The notes under the pieces: model-generated
The model's input: only the letters and a program-made list of their open reading frames with translations
Databases searched by the model: none
Told to the model about the DNA's origin: nothing
Made by a program: the position numbers and the translations under genes
Origin: Haliotis cracherodii
Taxonomy: Eukaryota
Length of the DNA stretch: 64,000 bases
Assembly (NCBI RefSeq): GCF_022045235.1
Contig: NW_027266264.1
Span: 8,246,001-8,310,000, forward strand
Direction of reading: 5' to 3'
Part shown: in pieces, positions 25,186 through 37,334 of the stretch
Layout of the letters: the number at the start of each line of letters is the position of its first letter
Numbering within the stretch: position 1 is the first letter of the stretch

Positions 25186-26021
25186 TTCACTCTGTATTGC
25201 ATCTACCAAAATTCCCTGCGTCCAGGGAATATTCAGAATAGACAGAATACGGTGAAAATGCATTCAGTATTCAGTATCATTACCTACAAGGGCAAAAATA
25301 TCGGGGTTCATAAAAATCACATGTGCTGGTTTGAAGACATGCCAAAGAGGGAACAGATAGCGGAAACGCATCTTCCTTCGTGGAAAAAAAGTATTGCATA
25401 GCACGGGCTTCCCGAGCCCGTGCGGAGCGAGGAGATTGGAATTGCTTGAGTTATCGTCACTTTTGGCTTCAGATGTAGTCCGGTAGGAGGTACATTTGTA
25501 ACTTTAGTTTGATAGTTCGGTTCGATGTGACGCAAGTTAGTCACTTTAGTTTGAGATGTCGTCGCCATAGGACGAACATCTGTCACTTTGGTAAATAGTT
25601 AAAATTCCACTGCGCAACATGTGCCCTAGGGTCATATCACGTCACGAGACAACAGTGTATTGTTTCTGTCATCCGGACGGCATTGTTGACCTCATTCAAA
25701 TCTTACTGTGACGTGAGGTCGGAATGACGTCACACTAGAAACGATATCATAACTGAAGATTGTCGACGTCATTTGACAAATTGTGGTTCTGGTGCTGTTG
25801 CGACGTGCTGTCCTTAGAGATAAACACTTAAATCTGCTCTGTATGTAGACATCTTTTTCTTCGGTAATAAATAGAACATTATATTCATGTTCATGTCATA
25901 CTATGTTAAATTCGTGCCTAAGTTCCAGTATTTTCCTCGCTCTCACTCGGGAAATACTGGAATTTTCACACTCCAGTCGTAAACATAGTATGACATGAAA
26001 ATTCATATAATATCTTCTATT
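25186..26021. mobile_element. CpG-rich multi-palindromic putative non-autonomous DNA element (superfamily uncertain, boundaries approximate)
   Basis: Hairpins at 25186-25256 and 25401-25423 (9-bp perfect), ~150-bp palindrome at 25870-26021 (18-bp and 11-bp perfect arms), phased repeats at 25456-25592. Confidence 0.5.
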
Positions 26022-27032
26022 CACCACTGCAAGGCCACCAGATACTATCGTGACCAATGTGCATTAAAAAATAACTGAATAAATTAGGTTTCAAATATCC
26101 TTATGTGGATAAGTTAGTGTTGTATACTCCCCAGGGAGTTGAGAATGATAACTGGAATGCAAACAGATCCACTGGTCGGGGAACAAATAAAACCCCATTA
26201 GAGCAGCTACTAGTACCTGGATAACTGCGACATATAAATGTATAGTTTAATTTAATTTTAAAAAAGTTGTGAAACTTTAACAAGGTACAGAAATGACAAA
26301 CATGATTTATATCCGATTTCCGTCAGTATAAACATTCCATTACAGAAGATTGGACCAGGTCCTCCTCCATTACCATCATGCACAACTTGCCCTTCTTAAA
26401 GTATTCAATTCATGTCTATTCTTGCTCACAATACAAAGGTCAAAAGACCTTGTACCTTTGAACAATAAGTGTAATAACCATTCTAGTCTTTTGATCATTG
26501 TGGCAACACTTAGGGAGGTAGTTCTATACAGATTGCAGTTGACACTTGCAGCAAAAGAATGGAGTCCAATCAGTTTTTGCAGCTAGTTTTTCCTGTGCAA
26601 CACGTTACGAGAAACCACATCAGTGTTTTGAAGGATAATCTGAAGGAAAAATGTCGAAAAGCAGCAGGTGCTCAATTATTTGTGATTAGAGGCCATTTTC
26701 ATCTTGGGGTTGATCAGGAAATAGATGGGAACTGTGGCACAGGGTGACACTGGAGGAAGGGGCAACTTCTCGGTTTGTGGTCTTCGCTGTTTTTACCAGA
26801 CTTGTAACAGACGTTATGCATGTTTTGCCAGAGCCTTTATGCATGATGATGGGGATGCCATGTGGATGCCATGTGGATGCCAGACCAGGATGTGTTCTTA
26901 TACCATTTGCACCATTGGGTTGGCTGACATACTGTCTGGAAGAAAATCAAAAAGTTCAGAGAACATGATTTGGGACTCTGCATTCTGCCCTCATATTGTT
27001 TTTGTGGTAATTCGTGATATCTTTTGGTATAA

Positions 27033-27197
27033 GTGAGTGAGTATGGTTTTACGCCACTTTTAGCAATATTACAGCATTATCATGGGGGGGGGGGACACCA
27101 GAAATCGGCTTCACACATTGTGCCCATGTAGGGAATCGAACCGAGGTCTTCTGTGTGGCGAGCGAACGTTTTAACCACTAGGCTACCCGACTGCCCC
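27033..27197 (-). mobile_element. SINE family A
   Basis: Full-length reverse copy. TSD tcttttggt(a/t)taa at 27020-32 and 27198-210. Confidence 0.88.
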
Positions 27198-28051
27198 TCT
27201 TTTGGTTTAAATCTGCATACCTCATTATTTGAAAACGTTGTCCATGGATTTAGTGAGCTAATGATGTCAATGAAAAATGGTATCTAAATGTCCATTGAGA
27301 TAAAATAGTGTTCACATTGGGAAAATGCCTTTTCATTCAAACTCTTTAAAACCATAAAGAAATGTTAAGCATGTCAGTTAAGATTGAAATAATATGATAT
27401 TTATAGTTATTTGAATTTAATCTGAGTGTCAGAATCGTAAATAATATGAAATGGGTATGAAACACACAAACTTAGCTTTAGCTGTGCCACATAGTATTTC
27501 TGTCAGAAACATCATACATAATGCACTTTGGTTGTAATAATGGTACTGAGAACATTTAGATTTATCATGATAGGACAGGATATATAGTGTGATGTGCTAG
27601 TCTTTTCTAATTCTAACACAAACTTTACTATACAAAAATATAATCATCATTTATTTCTAGTTGAAAAAAGAAGAAGACAAAAACTATTTCCTTAATTATA
27701 AGAAATCTCTTCTAAAATCGATTGTATGATTCCAACTATATCATGAGCATGTGTTGATGAATCACTATCAAATAGTGATAATACCAGGTGTTTGCGAAAA
27801 GCTAAGTGTATCCTGCCCCATCAGTTGCACCAGTCACAAACTCATGCAAAGACAAGTCCATTATTCATCTGAAAAATACAAGGGAACAGATGGCACAAGT
27901 CAAATTAGGGAATTGCATCAGACATCCTGTTTGTCGCTGATGTGTAAAATTTGGAAATGTTTGCCACATGTCTACCATAACAATACTTATCTAAGGTGAC
28001 ACACAGTGCTATGTCTCATATCGTGACTTGTACTGCTACAGCCCAAGACAA

Positions 28052-28230
28052 GGGTGGTGGGATAGCCTAGTGGTAAAAGGTTCACTCGTGTTCACAGATC
28101 CAGGTTTGAATCCCCACATGGGTAATAGGTGTGACACCAATTTAAAAAAACCTTCTGGTATTCCCCATCTTAATTTTCCTCGAATATTGGTAAAAGTGGC
28201 ATAAGGCCATACTCACTCACTCACTCACTC
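28052..28230 (+). mobile_element. SINE family A, diverged copy
   Basis: A/B-box remnants and (ACTC)n tail. Confidence 0.75.
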
Positions 28231-29139
28231 CAGCAGTCAGTTTACAGGTAAGTTGAGACTATGCACAGTAAATGCGTCTTAATTAGGCATGAATTTATGA
28301 CTGGGGACAGAAATGTGAGATATTACTGTAACAAGTTAATTTTTTTGCCCACCAGACTGTATGATACCTGATCCTCTTATGGTGGCATTACAATCCCCTC
28401 GTGAGTTTGATTTGGGTGTAATTGTATCAGAATTTAATCAGGGATGCAGCTCTCTGCAGGTTTTAATCATGCTCGTTGAGTTTATCTTGTCCTGTGTGAT
28501 CCAAGAAAATCAATGGATTTCAAATATTTTGCCAAATTTCTGCTTCACCTTCCATGGCCCTGCCACCTCTTGCAATCAATGATCTGAACCCTGATACAGA
28601 CTAAAAACAGGAAGAAGTTATGGCCGAACTTTTCAGAGAAATCATAACTTATTTAACAATGCTGTATATTGATGCAAGTACTGTGGATATACAGTGTTAA
28701 CTTCTAACACAATTATATGCTGTATGCACTATTGTAAGCAACAACTTTTTCTGTTTCCTTATGTTTTTGCTCTCCACACTCTCCTCCCTCTAAGGCCAGG
28801 TGGCCGAGTGGTTGATGTGTTTTCTCCTCAGATTAAAGTAATGGGTAGGGTGGATTATGTGGGGATTATTCTTCATGCCAGTAATCTGTCTTTCCCTTCA
28901 GGAGTTTCACAAAATAACTGGTCCATCCCACATGCCTTCTTCATGTTCATGAGGCGAGACCAATTTATGGTGTTGTGTGAAGGATGGGCGAACCTATAAT
29001 GTTTCTTTGATTAAGTTATTTTATCAACATCTTTTTGTGTTGTTAGAAATAAATGCCATAAATCAAACCAATGATTATGATTATATTTTGCCGTGATCTG
29101 CGTCTTGGTCGATTGACCAAGAAATTCTTTAAGGCAGGA

Positions 29140-29264
29140 GTGAGTGAGTGAGTATTGGTTTATGCCGCTTTCAGCAATATTCCAACAATATGGGCTTCAC
29201 ACATTGTATCCCTGTATCGGCATGACAAGCCAACGCTTTAACCATTAGGCTACCCCACTGCCCC
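29140..29264 (-). mobile_element. SINE family A, deleted copy
   Basis: Reverse copy. TSD taaggcagga at 29130-39 and 29269-78. Confidence 0.8.
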
Positions 29265-29589
29265 ATTATAAGGCAGGAAATAAAATTGGTCTAAAACATA
29301 TACTGGTATTAAATGTTTAGGTTCATACTGAATGTACTGCTCTGATGAATGTTAAGTTTAGATGAATGTACTGCACAGGTTTTGTCTGTGAATTTCATTA
29401 ACAGTCTCCTTTATTCTCAAGCCAGTTCAAACCAAGACTTCTTGGTCTTAATTTAGCAGGTGTCATTGCTGCAACCATGGGTTCCTTGAGGATATTACTT
29501 CATTGTATGTATATGGTTCTCATATTGGGATCATCTTGACCCAAAGGTTGGTGAGTATCATGAACATTGCTGGAGTCCTGGTTGATGTA

Positions 29590-29821
29590 GCTGCACTACA
29601 TGATGTCGGTCTGTAAATAATTGAATCTGAACCAGACAATCCAGTGATTGACATCATGAGCATTGATCCACACAATTGATAAACAATGACATGCATCAAC
29701 GAAGTCAGCGAGTTTGACCACCCAATCCCAGCCCGTTAGTCGCCTCTTACGACAAGCATCGTCCGCTTTAAGGGCAAGCATGGGTTGCTGAAGACCTAAT
29801 CTACCCCAGATCTTCACGGGT
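29590..29821 (-). mobile_element. Family C copy
   Basis: Reverse complement contains an intact head, acccgtgaagatctggggtag...gtcgtaagaggcgactaacggg. Confidence 0.85.
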
Positions 29822-30184
29822 CTGATCTGAATAGATGGACAAGATAACATAAGATGAAATTAGATGAGATCAACTTTATTATCCAGAGGGAAATTGTTTT
29901 GCAACAAAGGAGTAATGACACTGACTCTAAGAACAAAGAGTAATGGACACTTGTGCTGTCATCCTCAAGGTAACATCCCACAGACCTGATAACACATCAC
30001 CTGCTTCTGTCATCACTCGCCTTATAGCAAACAGGCAATAGCCCATACAATCATTCACCAAATACAATTTGATAAAGTTCCTTCAGGATTTTCCTTTGAA
30101 AAGGCCATTATGCTTGGCTAAAAGACCACAGAGGTAGCGCATTCTCCGAAGTTCCTAATGAGATTGCCTCTTTGGTCTTGATTG

Positions 30185-30514
30185 GCTGATATTTGATCCT
30201 CAGCTGCGTCATACCAAAAGACGCTAAAAGATGGTTCTTGTTGTTACCCTGTCTGGTGCTTAGCATTAAGGGTGTCAAACAAGGACTGGTCGGCTCGGAG
30301 TCAGTATACTGTGTCTCAGTGGCCATGTCATACCAACAGATGTTAATGATGGTACATGTTTTCTTACCCTATAACTCAGCATTAAGGGGCTTAAACAAAG
30401 ACACCTGGTTGGTACAGAGTCAGTATACTGTATTATTTTATATTTTACACTGCGGCATGGTATCTCATTGGACTAGCACTATAAAATCAGTGTCAGTCAG
30501 AACTAGTACAAGCA

Positions 30515-30557
<43 letters not shown>

Positions 30558-30655
30558 GCATGCATTCGGTATATAAGTGCAATAACCTTGGACGCAATGT
30601 TAAACCGCATTTCACCTCACCTCACCTCACCTCACCTCACCTCGGTCACCTCACC
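30185..30655 (+). mobile_element. SINE family D, chimeric copy with two core domains
   Basis: Core present twice (about 30207-30322 and 30327-30430), internal (CA)n, (CACCT)n tail. Confidence 0.75.
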
Positions 30656-32347
30656 TATGTGAATTGTTATGACCATTACATGAATATGACTTTCCGACAT
30701 CCATACATCCTGCTCCAGAGCTGTAAGTTTGTTTACCAGCCACAGAACATCCCATGAGTATAATAAACCCATCAATCCCCTCAGACTCAAACCCACCTTT
30801 TTCCTGCCTCATTTACTTCACTCTTCACAGCTCAACTTGTGTTTTTTCACAGCCAGTAGAATATAAAGCAAGGAGTTTACCATCTCCCTACTCACTCATC
30901 CCTCCGCTGCCCGATAAGTCCTATCTGCCACCTCAACTTCTCGCGTTCCTCTATTTGTTGCTGGCTTGGATCAGTGCTAACTTCTCTCCTCCCCTGTGCT
31001 GCAATCAGAGGGTTTCAGTCATGATAGGCTGATTGGATGTTTGATGGATGAATGAGGTAATGGTTGTAATTTCAGATGGCATGAAGATGACACAGACCAT
31101 AGAACTGTTGTCAAGAACATCCTTAATTATTGGGAAAAGTACATGTATGTCGAAAATATGGTCATGTATGAATATTCTGCATTTTAAAACAAATATACAG
31201 AAAAAATTCCTTGGAACATATGGTAGCGCTGGTTGTGGAAAATTGGATCCTGGCTTTTCAAATCAGTATCATTGTCCATGTGCAGTGGCATCTAGGGTGT
31301 CACTTCTGAATGTTTGATTGTGCATTGATAGAAGGGATTTGCGGGACATGCAAATTAACCCTTAATAGTTAGATTTGTAATTAGTAGCAATTTTAAAATG
31401 TGATCACAAGTATTCGCTGGTTGGGGAATGAGTACCAGAAGTTATCATTGACCAGGTCAATCAGTATTGAAAATTATGGACTTTGTTAGTTTTGAAAGTG
31501 GCAAGGAAGTTTTGACCGATGACACAATTAACCCTTATTGTCAAGTAGCTCATAGGAGTTAATGCTAGATGACGATGTGAAATGTTTGAAATTGTGGTTA
31601 TTTGGTTAAGTTATTGTATGAAGAGAAAGGTATACAATTTGAAACTGTTGACTATTGACAAAAAGCCTTTATGGTCTACTGAAACTTGTACAGATTGAAG
31701 TCGTGTTGTTTTGTAAATTGACAAAGAAAACATTTCTACATTGGAAGCCTTTACAATTGATTTGATCAAGTGTCAAGTTTGAAGGAAATCATCTTTGTGT
31801 TGGCCAAGACAAACTGATGCCTTGATTCTCAGTGTTGTTAAAGAACCTTTGACAAGCAAGACAATTTGTTCGTACCAAATCAAGTGGACTATTACTGATG
31901 AGTAGTGGAGGCAGGGGTAGCTCCATTGATGTAATGAAGTACCTAAAGGGTCAGATGTTATCCTGATATCATTCATAAAAATGCCAATCAGATTTTTTTA
32001 TCATTGCCCTCAAAGTCAATCTATAGAAAGTCAATTCATACAAAATATATAGAATCTACTTTTTGTCTGCTTGTGTACCCTAATGATATAAAAAGCCTAT
32101 TATAAGTAAAACAAAGTCTGATCTTGCGATAAGAAAGTTCTGAAAGAATTTATATTTGTCTTGAGTATGATGACTTGTCAGCTCTGACGTATTGAATCAG
32201 ATATTGATTTGCCCATGCATCACTGATACAATACGGGATCATTTTCCTGAATGATATCCATCCGACTACATCTACCCTTGACCCACACAAAAAGAAATTA
32301 TATTTGGGGTAAAGGTATTAAAGAAAAACTTTCACACTAGGATGACA

Positions 32348-32600
32348 TCCGAGAAGATCCATATCAGAATGGGTATTCAGCAACCAATGCTTACCGTATA
32401 GACTATGCTTGTCATAAAAGACGACTAACATGATCAGGTGGTCAGGCTGTCTGACTTAGTTGATGCATGTCAATGCATCCTTATTGTGTAGATCAATGCT
32501 AATGATGTCAATCACTGGATTGTCTAGTCCAGACTCGATTATTTACAGGCCAATGTCATGAGGTGGAATATTGAATATTTGTTTAAACAACAAACAAACA
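32348..32600 (+). mobile_element. Family C copy
   Basis: Full-length diverged alignment, (AAAC)n tail. Confidence 0.8.
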
Positions 32601-32664
32601 CTAGGAGGAATTATCATCTTCGTAATAGATTCTGTGCCATGATGAAGGGCTTTTAATATTAATA

Positions 32665-32950
32665 CCGTATTTTCTTGAGTATAGTGCGCACCCATGTATA
32701 ATGCGCACCCCTCTCTAGCGGATTCAATATTTTGGGAAAAAAATATAGGAATACCAACCGCAGAAAAAAGATTACACCGTACCACTTTAGCGAAGTCTGG
32801 CAAACAAACTGGTGATGAGAAACTTGGTCAGTACAAATTCGAAATTTGAGATAAAAAATCACCAGACATGTTGATTTACCGTTTAAATTGTATTTTGTGT
32901 TCTGCTAGGCATTGTTTTATATCCAGGAAATAAGATTACCTTGTGTATAA
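32665..32950 (+). mobile_element. Left end of a Tc2/pogo-like DNA transposon fragment
   Basis: TA+CCGTATTTTC...tgcgcaccc terminal motif. 32865-32950 resembles 24415-24500. The other end was not found. Confidence 0.45.
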
Positions 32951-33322
32951 GAGTGACGTATTAACTGTATTCCAAGTTGTAACACGATTCTTCTTTTTTG
33001 TCAGAAAATGTGGAAACATCTGAGTTTTCTTTTTTGACATGATGAGGTCAGCCTGTATGTTGTTGGGGACAAGGCGACATTGAATCTTCTGTTACATCAA
33101 GAAGTGGTCGGAATCAGCAAAAAACAATGAATATGTTTGTAGATGAGACTAAAGACAGTTTTCCAGACATCCATGGTCATTTGGGTAATAATAAAGGAAT
33201 AATGCTAACTATTCCACAACAAAAACAGTTTTTATCTCTTGCCAATAATATGTTTTATAAATATGGAAATGGTTTTGTCTCTTTTATTTACATCCTTCTG
33301 CTGACAAGGGGGGTGTAGAAAA

Positions 33323-33675
33323 AGGTGAGGTGAAATGGGGTTTAATTCACATTCAAAATTGCTACACTTATATCGTGATGTGCATGCACTTTTGTGTGTG
33401 TATGGCTGCTTGTACTATTCAGACTAATACCAGTCTTAGAGTGTCAGCCCTCTGAGATACCATGCCACTGTGTAAAATATAAAGGATACCCCACACAGAT
33501 ACAGTATACTGACACCCTACCAACATGTCTTTGTTTAAGCCCCTTAATGCTGAGTTATAGGGTAAGAAAACAAGTACCATCTTTAGCATCTCTTGGTATG
33601 ACGCGGCCATGGAATTAAACCACAGACCTTCCCCTCTCTGGGCAGATACACCATCCACTAGACTACAGAGGCAGT
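33323..33675 (-). mobile_element. SINE family D, full-length
   Basis: Reverse copy closely matching the second half of the 30185 copy. Confidence 0.78.
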
Positions 33676-34828
33676 CAGGATGCATGAGAAACATATATAA
33701 AATGTAAACCATTATCAATCAAGAACTCCTCCCCTGTTCCTAATGGGGACATTCCAGCCACTGACACTAATAACCTTATTGCCTGTTCTTTTATTAGTGC
33801 CTAAAAGAATGATAGATTCTAGTCTACTGCTGCTGTGTGGCTTCTTGGTTGGTATATTACTGGGCAGAAGGGAGGCCAAGCTGGAGAGATCAACTCTGTG
33901 TGTGTGACAGTATGGTTCATGGTTCTAGTCTGTGATTTTAGTCACTGGTTTGAAGCCTGGGTCTAGTAAAATTCTGTTTGGTCTAGTAAGCTCAGCTATT
34001 TTTCATATGGTAACACTAAAACTCTGTTGAAAATGGTGCTTAGAGCCATGTTCCGGCTAATGGACTCCAAAGTTTTTGGCACCGACTGCGGTTCCCACCA
34101 TCAACAACAGGTTTGTCAGATCCATGTCTACTTTATGTTTCTATCACTGAACAATCCACACATCACTCATGATCTGAGATAGGAGACACTGTAACAACTT
34201 TGTTGACATTGGTGACTGGAAATTTTCTGTCTGAACAGCAGCATGTAAGAAAGGTTGGTCAATAAAGATATAAGCATCCCTGTTCTATATAAAGAGTTTG
34301 GCCAATGGTTCACCCAATGAAATGTATCCCATTATGAGCTGTCTAGTCAAGTGGTGCATCGTTACACGTGTCAGTGTGTCAAGTGGCAGCATTACACATG
34401 TAAGGACATTAAATGTTGTCTAGCTCCAACTTATTGAATCCTAAATCGATTATGCCTCACCCATCGTACAGGACATCCAGACATTTTGGCTGAGTCCTCA
34501 AAGGTTAAGAATCGGGCAGACAGCAAATTTTGGAAGATGGAAAAATATAGCTTTTTCAGATATTAAACAGTTGTTCATTGATAAGTGACAAATTCATAGA
34601 AGTTTTAAGTTTGTTAATATATAGATGTTCATTAATTATCTGCAATCCCAACACTTGTTTTACAAAGTATAGTGGAGAAAGATATGAACATTCATTTCAC
34701 CCTCCATGTTCAACAAACTGGTATTTTAGAAACTTAGCAGCCAAACAAGAATACACAGTTAATACTTCAAGCATATCCTTTATTGTGATATTTTGTAGAG
34801 AGAGTTCTGTACTTTTGATTACAGGGTA

Positions 34829-35002
34829 CAGTAAATTACGTTTTTAACATACACTCCTACAACAAACTGATGTATATAACAAACTATTTCTTTGTCCCGT
34901 CCATTTGCTGTATATACGCTGTACATATGCTTATAACAAAGTATAGTTATAACGAACTAAAATTAGTGGTCCCTTTGAGTTTGTTCTAACCATAGTTTAC
35001 AG
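34829..35002. mobile_element. Short deletion derivative of the same pogo/Tigger-like MITE family
   Basis: TA+CAGTAAA left end. Both ends align with the termini of 40906-41575. Confidence 0.65.
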
Positions 35003-35067
35003 GTAGTGACTTAAACAAGCATCCACCCTTGAATATTTACATCCATCCTGGCACTTAATAGATTAGT

Positions 35068-35344
35068 GGGGGCACGGGTGGCCCAGTCGTTTAAGGCGCC
35101 GCGATTCGCTGTGCAGAGTTGCGTCCCTTGGGCATGCCAGAAACCTATGATTGTGGGTTCGAATCCCGGTTCACCCCAATTATGTTTCTAGGTTTGTCAG
35201 CACCATACCCGTGCATATGGGTTTCACCGAAGTGGTAACCGTCTGAGACCTGCATCACTTCGGGCTTTCCTCCCACATCAATCTGACACGCCGCGATATA
35301 ACTGGAATACTGTTAAAAGCGGCGTTAAACCCAACTCACTCACT
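35068..35344 (+). mobile_element. tRNA-Leu-like SINE family B (~280 bp), near-intact copy
   Basis: A box TGGCCCAGTCG (35079), B box GGTTCGAATCC (35156), shared 3' tail with (ACTC)n, perfect 14-bp TSD cacttaatagatta (35052-65, 35345-58). Confidence 0.9.
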
Positions 35345-36949
35345 CACTTAATAGATTAAATACTCAGTAAAAATTTCAAATTAGCATGTACATGTTAGTG
35401 AAAGTGTACACTGGTTGATACTCAGCAGGTGGTATAATGATGTGTTCATGCCAGTTTTAAGCATTTTTTGTATAATTACTCTTCTAAAGATTAAAATAAA
35501 ATTTGATTCAAATATTTTACAATTCTGTTATTTAAATTACTTTCAAACTATGGCAGATGGGTTGGAAAATGAGTTTCCTATTTTTTTGTGTTATACAGTT
35601 TAGTGATGACAGAATAATGCTCATGTAACGTATGTGTGTTTCTGTAGACGAGGACTCTCGTTTCTGGCATACATAAGTCAAGAAGATGGGCTAAGTGTTG
35701 AAAAGCTTTCCCAAACAACATAATTCATAGTTTGTGAAAATGTCTGTGTATATTATGCTTGGTTAGACTGACTATTGAAAGAAGTACCATTACTCTGAAA
35801 GAGAATGAAGATATTCCGTGTGTGTTATGGCTTTCAGAAACCGAACTCTTTACACAAGCAGATGGAAATAGTATTCTTTTGAACCATTACTGGAATAATG
35901 ATTTAAAAGATGGTGATTTGCTGCTGAAAAAAAAACAAAGTTTAGGACTCTTCTGCGAACAATCTCTCAAAGGTTTATATCTTGTGGAAGTGTACGTCTT
36001 CATGATGGAGGTTTGGGAACAGGGAAATAAATACAGAGTATTATGTGGCGCTGAAAAAAGTGAAAACAAGGGAGGTAATCGTTGTTCCTGTCAAGATTGT
36101 CAGGTCTCATGCAGAGAATATGCAAGATGTCTTGAAAGAACAACACGCTCTGTCTAATTGACGCCAGGAAAAAGTCCCATTTCCCAGTGAACTGTTGAGG
36201 TTGCTCAATACAAGCAAAGACAGAGTTAGCAGGAATCTCATCAGATTGGGCAAAATAGTTGCAATGCTTGTGTTGCTTCACTGTGGTACATTGAGCAAAA
36301 TGACTCTTATGTCTTCAGCAGACTGATCATTTGGAAAGAAATGTTTCGCTACAGTCTAAAGTGTGATCTGAGATTATTATGTGGTGTAGTGAGTCGTTGA
36401 GCCGAAATACCTCAATGTTTAAATAATTGTTTGCGCCTCTACACTCAATAGCATCGTGTTTCCATGTTTTTTCTCATTCCTTCAACTTGTGAAAAAGATG
36501 GGTACCTTCAAAACATGCGATAAAAGAAACAAAAATTTCCAATTTCAATATTTTAAACAACTGGTGAGAACTAAGTGTTGTATTGTTGAAAAATCTCATA
36601 CATTTCCACAAAACCATCCACATCTCCATCATTCACAGATTATCTAATATCTGCAAGAAAAGCAAGAATTTTAAGCACTTATCAGTCGCCACACGTTGAG
36701 ACACTTACTATAAATCATTTACCAGTGACACACTTAAGTTTGCCAACAATTCCAACAGGGCCCCTTAGCATTTCTCCAAAGGACTGTTCGGAGAATGAGT
36801 GTGTGCATGTTGCCAGTGTATGGAACGAGTTCTTCGCCAACTTTCATGTCACATCACAAGTGAAGAAGACAGCGTGCAACAGTTTCTTTCAAGTGCACAC
36901 AGAATGTAAACAATGTGAATGCACGGTGACGAGAGATGCAAAATGCGAT

Positions 36950-37049
36950 ATGTTACAAAATGATGGCAGCGCTACACGTTTAAGTAACACAAGTTCTGCT
37001 TATATGTTGGGCCTGTGTATGTTGTTAGTTATGTTCCGACATGTTACGA
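36950..37049 (+). CDS. Candidate first coding (signal peptide) exon of the Ig gene
   Basis: ATG at 36950 (or 37004) gives MLQNDGSATRLSNTSSAYMLGLCMLLVMFRHVT with a hydrophobic core. A phase-1 donor A|GTAATC at 37050 would join in frame to 41733. The donor is weak and there is no transcript support. Confidence 0.35.
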
Positions 37050-37334
37050 GTAATCAAGTGAACACATCAAAGAGGCTTGTTGGGTTAATATTGGATATAT
37101 ACCACATTGAATAATGTTTGTTATAATGTGAGCCATAACACTTGTGTGTTTCCTAAACAATATGCTGTTAGTTTTGTTGTTTTTGTAAATGATATCCTCT
37201 CATATATGTTTTCAGTGAACCAATATATCATAGGGTGAGGAAGTTTATTTAAACTATTTTTCATCAATATCTGTGTCAGATGTCTGGGTCTGTTGAGCCA
37301 TGACTACATTAAACTGAGGGCATGTAAGTGCACA

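Noticed and set aside
30754-31032. Hydrophobic stretch LLAFLYLLLAWISA as the signal peptide exon
   Set aside because: No nearby start codon or convincing phase-1 donor.
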